Of a DNA stretch of 64,000 nucleotides, positions 28,110-37,927 are shown piece after piece. The first letter of the stretch is position 1. Every line of letters begins with the position of its first letter. Under the pieces are notes generated by a model. That model was given only the letters and a program-made list of their open reading frames with translations, was not told the DNA's origin and did not search any database. Origin of the DNA: a bacterium (lineage in GTDB: Bacteria; RBG-13-61-14; DATKZS01); contig CAXXFL010000001.1 in assembly GCA_963674965.2 (NCBI GenBank), forward strand, positions 224,001 through 288,000, read 5' to 3'. A program made the translations under genes and the position numbers.

Positions 28110-28491
28110 GCGTTCACCTCCCGCTAACTCCGCGAGCGCTGGGCGCCCATAACAATTGATAGCCCGAATTTTCCGGTGACGCAAACGAGTTACCCGGGCG
28201 TTATCCGGGCGGCGGCCTGACAATATTCCGTTCTGGATTTTCTCTCTTTGAAAAGCGAGGAGACGATTTTTAATAACCGATTTACGAAGAGGTCAAAAAA
28301 CGGGCGAAAGCCTCGCCGAATAGCCTTGACTGAAAACGCCGCGCTCATCATTGTCCGCCGCGCCCTTCCCAATAAATCGTCGCCTGGCCGCCTTCGGCTT
28401 GTAAATGGCCGCGTGATCGAGATAATGTATTTAGCCGCCCGAGCGGAAAGGGTCGCAAGACGCGAATTGGGCGCCGGAGTTTATAACCGAC

Positions 28492-29748
28492 ATGGAAGAA
28501 AGGATTACGCCAACTAATAGTGGCGGGCACAGGGACCCCGGCCTGGATTTCGCGCGGGGGCTGGCCATGCTCCTCATGGTGGCGGCCCATTTCTCCGTGG
28601 CCGTGGTCCCCCATTCATGGATGGGACGAGCCTTCCATTTCGCCGCCTACTCGGCGCCCGCTTTTTTCTTTTTCGCCTTTGGCATGACCTTCGACTTCTT
28701 CCTGCGCAAGGGCGCTAAAAAGTGGACGGTCATAATACTTTTCCTTTACGTTGCCCTGGCCCACAACGCCTTCAGGGGATCGGTCTTCTCCAATGACGTT
28801 CTCGGCGTCCTTGCCTCCTCCCTGGCCATATTGGCCGTCCTCGAGATGAAGGGAAGCCGGTCCAACCGCTTCTACGCGGGCCTTGCTCTTATTATATTCG
28901 CGGCCCTTTTACTCAACCACGCCATCGACTACCCCATGCTCCAAACTTTTTTCTCCAGCACGGGCAGACGCATGCCGCTGATACCCTGGATCGCCTTCAT
29001 CCTGGCGGGCCTTGTTTTTGAAAGGACCGGCGACCGGCGGCTCCGTCTGGCCTTTTCCTTGTCCCTTATGGCCGCGGCCATGCTCCTGGCCTGGCTGCTA
29101 AAGGGCCTTCCCGCCAACGAGATATTCAGCAAAAACCCGCTCAGCCCCGCTTACCTCGCTTTTTTCCTCGCTATGGCCATGGCCATGGTCGAGACGGTCA
29201 GGATGGGCGCTTGGATTTATAAACGACTTCCCATCATGCCCGGGGCCATCGAATACCTCTCCCGTAACCTCCTTTTGGCAACCACAATGCACTACGCCGC
29301 CTTTTTGCCGGTCAGGGCCGCTTACAAGCTGGCCGTCCGGAACGACGAGGCGCTCATGAAGCTGGCCTCCCAGCGCGACCTTGCGACCATGGCCGCCGGG
29401 TCGGCCCTCTCCATCGTCATCCTGTTCGCCCTGCTTCCACTGGTTTTAAAGGCCTGGGAAAAAATCGCCACCGGCAAAATAATGGAGAGACTAAGAGATG
29501 ATTACCACGTAACCGCCATCCTTATGATCGTTTCCATGATCCTCGCCATGCACGTAAGGTACTTCTTCTTCATCGAGCCCATACCGGTTATCAAGAAATT
29601 GGAGCTGTCCTTTACAACCAACGCCGCCGGATATTTTGTCGCGACCTTCATCGGAATAGCCATTATGACCTACATGGCCCTCGAGATGGCTGAATTCAGA
29701 AAGAGGCTGAAAATAATTCCGGCCCTAACCGACTCGCAAGACGTTTGA
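28492..29748 (+). CDS. Membrane protein with DUF1624/heparan-alpha-glucosaminide N-acetyltransferase-like domain
   Basis: RDPGLDFARGLAMLLMVAAH, APAFFF, PLIPW; about 12 TM segments. Confidence 0.75.
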   Translation: MEERITPTNSGGHRDPGLDFARGLAMLLMVAAHFSVAVVPHSWMGRAFHFAAYSAPAFFFFAFGMTFDFFLRKGAKKWTVIILFLYVALAHNAFRGSVFSNDVLGVLASSLAILAVLEMKGSRSNRFYAGLALIIFAALLLNHAIDYPMLQTFFSSTGRRMPLIPWIAFILAGLVFERTGDRRLRLAFSLSLMAAAMLLAWLLKGLPANEIFSKNPLSPAYLAFFLAMAMAMVETVRMGAWIYKRLPIMPGAIEYLSRNLLLATTMHYAAFLPVRAAYKLAVRNDEALMKLASQRDLATMAAGSALSIVILFALLPLVLKAWEKIATGKIMERLRDDYHVTAILMIVSMILAMHVRYFFFIEPIPVIKKLELSFTTNAAGYFVATFIGIAIMTYMALEMAEFRKRLKIIPALTDSQDV

Positions 29749-29880
29749 ATGTTTCCGTCGATATGATACAATCTCGAACAACGACCTGAAACTGGCGTTG
29801 GGTAAGCGTTGGCCGAGGTTGTCAAAAATGGGTTGCGGGCGATTTGGCGCGGACTCTAAACCCATTGATTTTATTACCAT

Positions 29881-29967
29881 GCCGGGGTGGCGGAACTGGT
29901 AGACGCGCGGGACTCAAAATCCCGTGAAGCTTGCTTCGTGTGGGTTCGATTCCCACCCCCGGCACCA
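29881..29967 (+). tRNA. tRNA-Leu(CAA)
   Basis: GCCGGGG acceptor stem, D-loop GGAACTGGTAGAC, anticodon arm CGGGA-CTCAAAA-TCCCG, long variable arm, GGTTCGATTCC, encoded CCA. Confidence 0.97.
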
Positions 29968-30341
29968 AAAGTTTAGCGGCTTGCATTTTTGAATTGTTTA
30001 TAGTCGTTATTTTTCAGCCTTGTTTTTAGCAAGGGTTTCCTATCATCCGGCCTTTCTTTCACTGGCATGATCGCGATTTTGCAGAAAAGCTCTCGCAATA
30101 TTTGCCTCGTCGGCCGGCCAGTTCCTGCAAATCGACCAGGAACGGGACTTGATTCTCTCGGCCCTCAACGGGACTGGAAGCTCTCCCGTTGTGGTTTTCC
30201 TGTATGGCCTTTTCGGAAAGGACGCCTTGTCGCAAGACCTTATAAAAATCCACCATATCCTGCTCGCCAAATCCGATTGATTGGTATCAATTCGAAATAG
30301 CCTCGAAAGCCCGGCCAAGCGGGGGCGACTGATGGAAAGGT

Positions 30342-30680
30342 TCACGAGTTTGTCCTGGTCTCCCCCAAAAGCAGTTTTTTATAATCTCCATTCGCCCTGT
30401 AACTTTCGATAAACAGATATGGGGCAAGAAACATTATGCCGCCAAAAAATCCGATCACTCCCAAGAAAACCCCAAGGAGCGTAAAGTTATTCCGCCAGGC
30501 GGTCCACAATCCGGAAAGAGTGAGAAAGCAGATGAACTCTGAATTGAACCGTCCGGACCAGGTCATTTTGGCCATCTCGCCAAAGAACACGGTAAACAGG
30601 TTCCAGCCGCGGTCAAGGCCCACAACGCCAGTGTAAGTAACGATAAACAAGAACATCACCGCCAATAATATCCGGAACCC
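30342..30680 (-). pseudogene. Small membrane protein, probably 5'-damaged
   Basis: GFRILL..., FFGEM...W.GRFN.EF..FL.LSGLW.AWR, FFGG.FL.YL pattern; no start codon at the expected position, and the upstream DNA is the gntR promoter. Confidence 0.5.
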
Positions 30681-30710
30681 GGGTGCAATTTTCTGGTGGT
30701 GGATTTTTTC

Positions 30711-30750
30711 TTGACATCCCTCAAAATATTGGTACAATAATTAAACCAAT
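30711..30750 (+). promoter_or_regulatory. Sigma70 promoter with overlapping FadR/GntR-type operator
   Basis: TTGACA (30711), 16 nt spacer ending in TGG, TACAAT (30733); inverted repeat ATTGGT...ACCAAT at 30728-30750. Confidence 0.7.
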
Positions 30751-30771
30751 AAGGCGCGCGAAAACAACTAT

Positions 30772-31518
30772 ATGAAAAATAAAATAAAAAGAAAGTCGAT
30801 CGCCGAGCAGATTGTCTCCCAAATCAGAAAAGATATCTTCACCGGGAACTATAAACCGGGCCGGAATTTGCCGACCGAAAGAGAACTCGCCGAGCATTTC
30901 GGAACTTCAAGGGGGACCCTGAGAAGGGCCATGCAGACCCTGAGCGAGGAGGGATGGATCGAGACCGTGCAGGGGAGGGGCAACACGGTTTGCGATTTCC
31001 GGCGTACCGTGAGCATTGACGCGGTCCCCGATCTGCTGCTGGATTGCCCTGAAGCGGTTTTGACTCCCGAGCTTTTGCATTTCCTGGTGGATTTCACCAG
31101 CTTCTTGTATGAACAGATACTTCTGGCCGCCTCGGAAAAGGCCAAGCCCGAGGACGCGCCTCGCCTCCTCGAGCTCATGTACGCCCAGAACGAAAGTCTG
31201 ACCCCGGCCGAATTCTGGAACAACGAAGCCAGGTATTACGGCGAGATTCTTCGCGTCGGGAACAACGTTCTGTTGCAAATGAGCTTTAACCTGCTGTTGA
31301 AAATCATCGCGGGGATGATAGAAAGCGGAATTATGAAAAAACCCCCGTACCCGATACCGATATATCGCGAGATGCACGAAAGGATGATCGCCGCCGTCTG
31401 TTCTGGAGACCGGCGGAAAGTATCGGAACTTTCGCGGGCCGACAAGGCCCACATGATCGAGTTTTACCGCGGGTTCATATCCGATATAGCGGATCATTCC
31501 GTAAAGGACGGCGAATGA
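30772..31518 (+). CDS. GntR/FadR-family transcriptional regulator
   Basis: LPTERELAEHFGTSRGTLRRA...QGRG winged HTH and FadR-like C-terminal domain. Confidence 0.92.
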   Translation: MKNKIKRKSIAEQIVSQIRKDIFTGNYKPGRNLPTERELAEHFGTSRGTLRRAMQTLSEEGWIETVQGRGNTVCDFRRTVSIDAVPDLLLDCPEAVLTPELLHFLVDFTSFLYEQILLAASEKAKPEDAPRLLELMYAQNESLTPAEFWNNEARYYGEILRVGNNVLLQMSFNLLLKIIAGMIESGIMKKPPYPIPIYREMHERMIAAVCSGDRRKVSELSRADKAHMIEFYRGFISDIADHSVKDGE

Positions 31519-31566
31519 GCTCGGGTGGATTAATATTCGGCCAATTAAAGAGAAGGAGTTTCGCGG

Positions 31567-32823
31567 GTGAGTAAATACGACTCGAAGATGACCTCGCGGG
31601 AGAGGGTCCTGGCCACGATCGAGGGCAAGCCGGTGGACCGGGTCCCGGTAATGCTCTGGCCCAACTGTCACGCGGCGTTAAAGTGCATGGCAAAGATTCG
31701 TCCGGCAAGGGAGCGGGTCTGGAACGCCCTTGGCCAGTGGCTGTGGAGGAAGTTCAAGGAAGGCGGCGAGATGGACGCTAAAGAAATCTGGCGCGGGCTG
31801 CCCCTCTTGTTTTTCTATTACGCGGTCAACGAGTACGCGCTTGACCTGGGCTCGGACATGGCGGAGGTCGGCTACGGGGACGCGGGCTACTGGTCCGGCA
31901 AAAGGCCGCCCGACGTCGCCGGCCGGACAGCCGGGTCGCCGGGCGCGTTGAATTGGCTGGCGGAAAAATTCAACCAGCCCTACTGGCTCGAAAACGGCGG
32001 CCTGCGGGCAACGGATTTCGCGGGCAACGTCCGCGCCGTCGGCGGGATATATTTCGACGTGGTCGAGCCGGGGATCAAGAACATAGAGGACCTGGCAAAC
32101 TTCCGCTTCCCCGACGCGAGGGACGACAAGCATTACGCGGCGCTCAGAAAGTTCCGGGCCCGGCGACCGGACGTCTGCATTTACGCCAGCAACTTCGGGG
32201 TCCAGGACCTGCCCACCTCCCAGATGATGAACATGTCCAACTTCTTGACGTCCATGATCGACTATCCCGACGAGGTAAAAAAGTTCCAGAAAAGATTCGC
32301 CGACCACATGATCGGCGTGGGCATACGCCAGATCAAGGCGGGCGCGGACGTCATCTTCATCTACGACGACTACGGCTACACCGGCCGTACCCTCATTTCC
32401 ATGGACATGTGGAAGGAATTTACTTATCCCCACTTGAAGCGGATGATAGAAACCTACCATGAGGAGGGCGCCAAGGTGATGCTTCATTCCTGCGGGTACC
32501 AGATGCCCTTTTTGGAATATTACGTGGAAGCCGGACTCGACGTGCTCCAGACTTTCCAGCCCAAGGCGGGCAACGATTTCGCCAGGGCTTACGCCGAGTA
32601 CGGCGACAGGTTGACCTTCAACACCGGAATCGACATCCAACTCGGAGAAATGATAACGCCGGAGGAACTTCGCCGGTCCATCCTCGAATCCTACCGGATA
32701 GGCGGCGGGAACGGCCATCACATCCTGGGCATGACTCACATGCTCCAGTACACGATGCCCGTTGAAAACATGAGGGCACTGTTCGAGACGGTGTGGGAAA
32801 TCCAGGCCGGCCGGCATGACTAG
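31567..32823 (+). CDS. Uroporphyrinogen decarboxylase-fold (MtaA/CmuA-like) methyltransferase
   Basis: MTSRERV...GKPVDRVP, DDYG....LIS..MW.EF..P, MLHSCG. Confidence 0.85.
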   Translation: MSKYDSKMTSRERVLATIEGKPVDRVPVMLWPNCHAALKCMAKIRPARERVWNALGQWLWRKFKEGGEMDAKEIWRGLPLLFFYYAVNEYALDLGSDMAEVGYGDAGYWSGKRPPDVAGRTAGSPGALNWLAEKFNQPYWLENGGLRATDFAGNVRAVGGIYFDVVEPGIKNIEDLANFRFPDARDDKHYAALRKFRARRPDVCIYASNFGVQDLPTSQMMNMSNFLTSMIDYPDEVKKFQKRFADHMIGVGIRQIKAGADVIFIYDDYGYTGRTLISMDMWKEFTYPHLKRMIETYHEEGAKVMLHSCGYQMPFLEYYVEAGLDVLQTFQPKAGNDFARAYAEYGDRLTFNTGIDIQLGEMITPEELRRSILESYRIGGGNGHHILGMTHMLQYTMPVENMRALFETVWEIQAGRHD

Positions 32824-32856
32824 CCTCGATCTTTTCGGCAAACAAGGAGAGCGCGA

Positions 32857-33489
32857 ATGGAACGACTAAGAGAATTCGCCAAAACGGGAAAAGCAAAGGA
32901 GACGGCGGAACGGGCGCGAGTCTTGCTCGACGAAGGCAAGGAGCCCGACTCCATTATGAAGGGCGCGCTTATCCCGGCCATGGATGAAGTTGGCGATCTT
33001 TTCCAGAAGGGCGAATACTTCGTGCCCGAGATGCTGGTGGCGGCCCGCGCCATGCAGCGGGGCCTGGAAGTCCTGAAGCCCATGCTGGTCGCTTCCGGCG
33101 TCGAGCCCATGGGTAAGGTCCTGGTGGGCACGGTAAAGGGAGACCTTCACGACATTGGCAAGAACCTTGTGGTCATGGCGCTCGAGGGCGCCGGCTTCGA
33201 TGTCATCGACCTTGGCGCCGACGTGCCTCCCGAAAAGTTTGTGGAAGCAATCAAGGAGCACAATCCAAAGGTGGTCGGGCTATCGGCGCTTCTGACCACC
33301 ACAATGCCGGCCATGAAGGACACGGTCGAGGCAATAAAGGCCGCTGGTATTGGCGACCAGGTCAAGATCATGATCGGCGGCGCGCCCCTCCGCCAGGAGT
33401 TCTGCGACGAGATCGGCGCGGACTTCTACGGGCCGGACTCCACGACGGGCCGCAACTATGCCCGCGACGTGGCGACCGGGGAAGCCTGA
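32857..33489 (+). CDS. Corrinoid (B12-binding) protein
   Basis: EYFVPEML, GTVKGDLHDIGKNLV (DxHxxG), LSALLTTT, IGGAP. Confidence 0.95.
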   Translation: MERLREFAKTGKAKETAERARVLLDEGKEPDSIMKGALIPAMDEVGDLFQKGEYFVPEMLVAARAMQRGLEVLKPMLVASGVEPMGKVLVGTVKGDLHDIGKNLVVMALEGAGFDVIDLGADVPPEKFVEAIKEHNPKVVGLSALLTTTMPAMKDTVEAIKAAGIGDQVKIMIGGAPLRQEFCDEIGADFYGPDSTTGRNYARDVATGEA

Positions 33490-33525
33490 TCACTTTATCA
33501 ATAAATTACATTCAGGAGAGGAACC

Positions 33526-34704
33526 ATGGACATTTGGAAAGACCATTCGCAAGAGGCGAAAAAGGAGCGCTGGAAGGCGCTGTGGGCCATGGAGGACCTG
33601 CCCCGGCCCTTGTGGTTTATTCCCGCCACTCCGGTCCTGGCCGTGGCCGCGTCTTGGCTGGTCAAGAAGCGGTCGGTGACGGGACTGTTCATGGACCGTG
33701 ACGTCCAGCTCGAACAGTCGCTCAAGTTCAACCGGTTTTTCGGGCTGGCCCAGCGCTGGTGGTCCCAGGACGACTTCGTGCTTCATCTTCAGCCCCAGAT
33801 GGGGGTCGGCGTCTTCGCCTCCGCCTTCGGCTGCGAGGTCCAGTTCCCCTTGGACCAGATGCCCTGGTCGCGCGCCTTCATCAAGCACGGCGACCCGCCG
33901 GAAAAGGTTTACGAGCTGGAGGAGCCCGAGGCCGACGCGGGCCTGCTCGGGCTGGTCCTCGAGTTCACCGAGCACTTCGAGAAAAAAGCCGGCGGCAAGT
34001 ATCCCATGGCCATGACCGACCTGCAGGGTCCCATGGACACGGCCTACCTGGTGTGGGACTCGATCGATTTCATGGTCGCCATGTACGACAACCCGAGGGA
34101 GGTCCATCATCTGATGAGGATGGTCACCGACCTGATCGTCAAGTTCGTGAAAAAACAGCGAGAGCTGTCAAGAGAGTTCGTGCCCGCCCATTTCCCTCCC
34201 GTCTATCTGCCCGACGGCGGCGGGGTGGTGGTCTCGGAGGACGCCCTGGCCGTGCTCAGCCCCCATCTTTACGAGGAGTTCAGCCTGCCGTACATAAACG
34301 AGCTGTCCGAGGAGTTCGGCGGCATAGTGATCCACTCCTGCGGCAACTTCGAGCACCAACTCCCGGTCCTCCAAAAGGTCCACAACCTGAAGGGAATCAA
34401 CTTCGGCGTTACCGAGACCAGGTTCGAGGCGGTGTGGGACGCCTTCGGCGGCAAGACCTGCGTGATACCCCATTGCAGCGCCGAGACCATCGTCGCGGAC
34501 TTCCGGAACGCCGCCGAGTGGATATCCCACGTCATGAGGCGCAAGACCACCAACAGGGGACTGGCCCTGATGGTCGTTCCCGCGGTGGGGGACGCCCACC
34601 AGATCACCCTGGACGTGGCGCTGGGAAGGAAGACGAATATAAATATGAAAGAGCTTGCCCTGATGGGTCGCAACGTCCGGCGGCTGGTGGAAGGCCGGGC
34701 GTAA
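33526..34704 (+). CDS. Second URO-D-fold methyltransferase-like protein
   Basis: G.GVFASAFG, TDLQGPMDTA, SED...LSP..YEEF..PY, IHSCG. Confidence 0.8.
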   Translation: MDIWKDHSQEAKKERWKALWAMEDLPRPLWFIPATPVLAVAASWLVKKRSVTGLFMDRDVQLEQSLKFNRFFGLAQRWWSQDDFVLHLQPQMGVGVFASAFGCEVQFPLDQMPWSRAFIKHGDPPEKVYELEEPEADAGLLGLVLEFTEHFEKKAGGKYPMAMTDLQGPMDTAYLVWDSIDFMVAMYDNPREVHHLMRMVTDLIVKFVKKQRELSREFVPAHFPPVYLPDGGGVVVSEDALAVLSPHLYEEFSLPYINELSEEFGGIVIHSCGNFEHQLPVLQKVHNLKGINFGVTETRFEAVWDAFGGKTCVIPHCSAETIVADFRNAAEWISHVMRRKTTNRGLALMVVPAVGDAHQITLDVALGRKTNINMKELALMGRNVRRLVEGRA

Positions 34705-34721
34705 GGATCGGGGGGACGATC

Positions 34722-35846
34722 ATGAAGGATAAAAGACTCGCGGCGCGGCCGGCTTTTCTGATCCCGGCGCTCCTTCTCGCGCTTTCCGCTATCGCGGACC
34801 CCGGGATCAGATATTTCCAAGGCCACGAGAACGGCAAGGTCACCGGGTTCGACAAGACGGACGCGGCCATGTTCCGGGCCTCCGATCTCAAGTCCAAGTA
34901 TTACACCGAGCCGTGGTTCCACGAGATGCAGTTCCCCGACGAGGGCATTATCGTTATCGTGAATTTTCAGCGCCACAACATGGGTTTTTCCAGCGGGTAC
35001 CTCGACGCCTACCTGATGATATCGGACAAGGACAACGACGCCATGATAGAGCAGTGGTCCGGCAAGTCGGGCGACGTCAAGATCGCGGATACGGGTTTCA
35101 AGATAGTAGCCGGCCCTCACCTCATGAAGCTGGAGAAAGATACATATCGGGTCAGGTTCGAGGGCAAGGACATGAAGGCCGACGTGACCTATAAAATCCT
35201 GATCCCGAGCTTCCAGCAGGGCGACGGCAAGGTGGTCTTTAAAGACGGGGAGTTCGTTAGATACAACTTCCCCATCCCCTGGGCCGAGGTCTCGGGGACC
35301 TTGACCTATAAGGGCAAGACCCGGAAAGTGAAAGGCAACGGCTCTATGAACCACGACCTGCAGGACCTCTCGCCCCTTAAATTCCCCACCAGGTGGAGGG
35401 CCCTTTGGGCTTACGGCGAGGACATGACCGTGTCCATGGTCAACTGTTCGGCCGCCGACTTCAAGGGCGAGTGGGCCATGAGGCTGATGGTGGCGGAAAA
35501 AGGCAAGATACTCTTCTCGTCTCACGATTTCACCCTCAAGGGCGAGGACTTTCAGCCGGTCCCAGGCGGGAACGTGCCCATGCCCATGAAGTTCGCCATC
35601 GAGGCCGTCCACGGAGACTCCTGGCTGAAAGGCGGCTACAAGGTCGTCAGGGTCCAGGAAAAAAAGAACGCCCTCGACGAGGCCCCCTCCTTCCTGAGGC
35701 CGCTGGCCAGTCTCGTCATCTCCGAAATGTGGAGCTACCGCTACTGGATGGACTATGAGTTCGAGTTCCACCAGGACGGACAAACCAGGACCGTCAAGGG
35801 AAGGGGAGTGGCCAACTACGTCGATTCCGTCGACGCCAAGGAGTGA
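34722..35846 (+). CDS. Secreted beta-rich protein, CrtC/AttH/Svf1 lipocalin-like (tentative fold)
   Basis: Signal peptide, YTEPWF...DEG, PWAEVSGTL.Y.G....VKG.G..NH, W..LW, C-terminal GRGVANY; start reset to 34722. Confidence 0.6.
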   Translation: MKDKRLAARPAFLIPALLLALSAIADPGIRYFQGHENGKVTGFDKTDAAMFRASDLKSKYYTEPWFHEMQFPDEGIIVIVNFQRHNMGFSSGYLDAYLMISDKDNDAMIEQWSGKSGDVKIADTGFKIVAGPHLMKLEKDTYRVRFEGKDMKADVTYKILIPSFQQGDGKVVFKDGEFVRYNFPIPWAEVSGTLTYKGKTRKVKGNGSMNHDLQDLSPLKFPTRWRALWAYGEDMTVSMVNCSAADFKGEWAMRLMVAEKGKILFSSHDFTLKGEDFQPVPGGNVPMPMKFAIEAVHGDSWLKGGYKVVRVQEKKNALDEAPSFLRPLASLVISEMWSYRYWMDYEFEFHQDGQTRTVKGRGVANYVDSVDAKE

Positions 35847-36001
35847 CCATTTCCCCCGCGGGCACTAGCCGGCCTCGCGGGGCGATGAGACGGGAGATCG
35901 AAATATCCAACGCGCGCCATGTGAAGCGCGGACTTCTCTGATATGATTCTCGCGGGGCCCTCATCAACGCGGGCCGCCCTTATATCGAAATAATCAAAGG
36001 A

Positions 36002-37756
36002 ATGATCGGCGCTATGAATTCAATAAAAACCATTTTCACGGCCGCGTCCCTGACGTTGGCCATGGCGTTTTTTACCGGTCCGGGTCTCGCGGATGGACCC
36101 GCCGCCGCGTCCCCTTCCGGGGAGGCCCGATCATTTGTCGCGGTGGACGTTCCGCCCGGGACCGATCCGGCCGTCAAGATCGCCGCGCAGGCGTGCGCCG
36201 GTCTTATGAACCGCGAGTCCGGAGGCTCCGTCTATACCCGGATGAATGAAAAGGACGACATGTGGCTGACGGAACTTGGCCTCGCGCCGGATGAAATACT
36301 AAGCGCCGATGATTTCCTTGATACGTGCCTGGCAAAGTTCCCCCGCGGCGCGCTGTACTCGTATCGCGAGCAGAGAGAGTTGCTTCCCAACATCCTGACC
36401 GTGGCCGCGGCGCTCGAGGCCATACCCCTGGACGAGGAAATGGGGACCCAGCTCGAGAACGTCGCGTTTGACGCCAGGAAAGAGTTTAAAGAGTTGAACA
36501 CCCCATATCTGGCCACCAGGCGCGTGTATGAAAACTACGTGAACCAAACCGCGGGGCTCGCCATGCTCAACCCCGGATACCGGGACTCTGGAGCAAAGGA
36601 CTGGGACCCCGAAATCGCGAGAGACATGGACCCGTCCATGATCGATTTCGTTTTCTCGGAAAAGCTGTTCGTCGCCTTCCTGGTAAACGGCTGCATAAAA
36701 GGAACGCGCCAGCACGCGCTACTGAACGATATCGCGAGCCAAAACCCCTGGCCCAAGCCCATCGGCGTCTACGGGTACGCGAGTTACTGGAAGGTATTCG
36801 GCGGATACCTCTTCGAGGCCCAGACCACCTGCGCCGACTCGAGGAACATGGGCGCCATTCCCACTACCGTCAACAACCTGTCATTTTTCTCCACCCGGCG
36901 AAGGCCGATCGTCAAAGCCGGAGAGCTGACGCCGAACGAGCCGGAGCGCGTCGAATATGATCCTGACAAAACCTACGTCGCCTTCGTGGTGGGCGACGGG
37001 GACAATATCGCCTTTATCATGGACGCCCGCGCCGATTGGCTCCGCCGCCGGGTCCGGGCCTGCCGGGAGGATGAAAATTCATGCCCGCCGCTTACCTGGT
37101 CCATTTCTCCCCACCTCGTTCGCCTCGCGCCCGACGTGATCGAGTGGTATTACGAGACGAGCCGCGAGACCGGCAAGGATTACTTCATGCTCCCGCCCAG
37201 CGGCCACCTGTACTCCTATCCCGCGTCCATGGAGGAGACGGCCATGCAGGACATGTTCGTCGCCGCAACGGAAAATGACGCCCGCCTTCTCGGGACGATG
37301 AGTACGGTGCATTGGGAGTGGTTCAACAAATGGACCCGGGCCGAGAAGGACTTCCTGCCCAGGTACGCCAAAAGGGACGGGGCCATCCGGGGCGTCTTCC
37401 CCGTCAACGTGCCCTATATGTTCCCGACCTTCACCTGGGAGGACGGCCAATTCTTCAAGGTGCTCGACGGCGGCGGCGGCGAGGTAGTCCTGTTCCGCCC
37501 AAGGGAGTGGAGAGGGGTCGATGAAGCAAGGGGCGCGTTTATGGACAGGAAGTTCTATCTTCGTCCCGAGGCCATGGCCCAAGAGCTCCGCGACTACCCG
37601 CGAGGTACCGTCACGGCGATTTACATGACCAGCGACGGCGGCCTCGACCTGGACAACTCCCTCATGGAACTGATCAAGATACTCCCCGAGCGCGTCCGCC
37701 TCATAAGCGGCGACGCCGCCGTTCGCCTCGCCCTCGAGGCCCGGGGCCGGGAATGA
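36002..37756 (+). CDS. Secreted GxGYxYP-family putative glycoside hydrolase
   Basis: VYGY, NNLSFFS, KTYVAFVVGDGDN, PLTWSISP.L...AP....YY, PSGHLYSYP. Confidence 0.75.
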   Translation: MIGAMNSIKTIFTAASLTLAMAFFTGPGLADGPAAASPSGEARSFVAVDVPPGTDPAVKIAAQACAGLMNRESGGSVYTRMNEKDDMWLTELGLAPDEILSADDFLDTCLAKFPRGALYSYREQRELLPNILTVAAALEAIPLDEEMGTQLENVAFDARKEFKELNTPYLATRRVYENYVNQTAGLAMLNPGYRDSGAKDWDPEIARDMDPSMIDFVFSEKLFVAFLVNGCIKGTRQHALLNDIASQNPWPKPIGVYGYASYWKVFGGYLFEAQTTCADSRNMGAIPTTVNNLSFFSTRRRPIVKAGELTPNEPERVEYDPDKTYVAFVVGDGDNIAFIMDARADWLRRRVRACREDENSCPPLTWSISPHLVRLAPDVIEWYYETSRETGKDYFMLPPSGHLYSYPASMEETAMQDMFVAATENDARLLGTMSTVHWEWFNKWTRAEKDFLPRYAKRDGAIRGVFPVNVPYMFPTFTWEDGQFFKVLDGGGGEVVLFRPREWRGVDEARGAFMDRKFYLRPEAMAQELRDYPRGTVTAIYMTSDGGLDLDNSLMELIKILPERVRLISGDAAVRLALEARGRE

Positions 37757-37927
37757 ACCTTGTCCCTCAATCTTTTATTGTAACTGAACTGGACTGAAAA
37801 AGCTTTAACTTGTACCTAATATAAACCTTGGGCAAAAACCATTGTACAGACCTTATGGAACTGATATTATTCCCAAGAGGAAGAATGTAATATGCATTTC
37901 GAATACCAAACGTCAAAGAGGGACAAT

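Noticed and set aside
29968-31566. Cobalamin riboswitch upstream of the corrinoid cassette
   Set aside because: No B12-box or GGGAA/GCCACTG core was recognised; regulation is explained by the GntR operator.
31567-34704. Pyrrolysine or selenocysteine read-through in the methyltransferases
   Set aside because: The ORFs are full length with no in-frame stops and are not MttB/MtmB-like.
33759-34721. N-terminal extension making a 695 aa protein
   Set aside because: It overlaps the real URO-D gene in another frame; the signal peptide and RBS start at 34722. The same applies to the extended ORFs 3627-5054 and 56325-57530.
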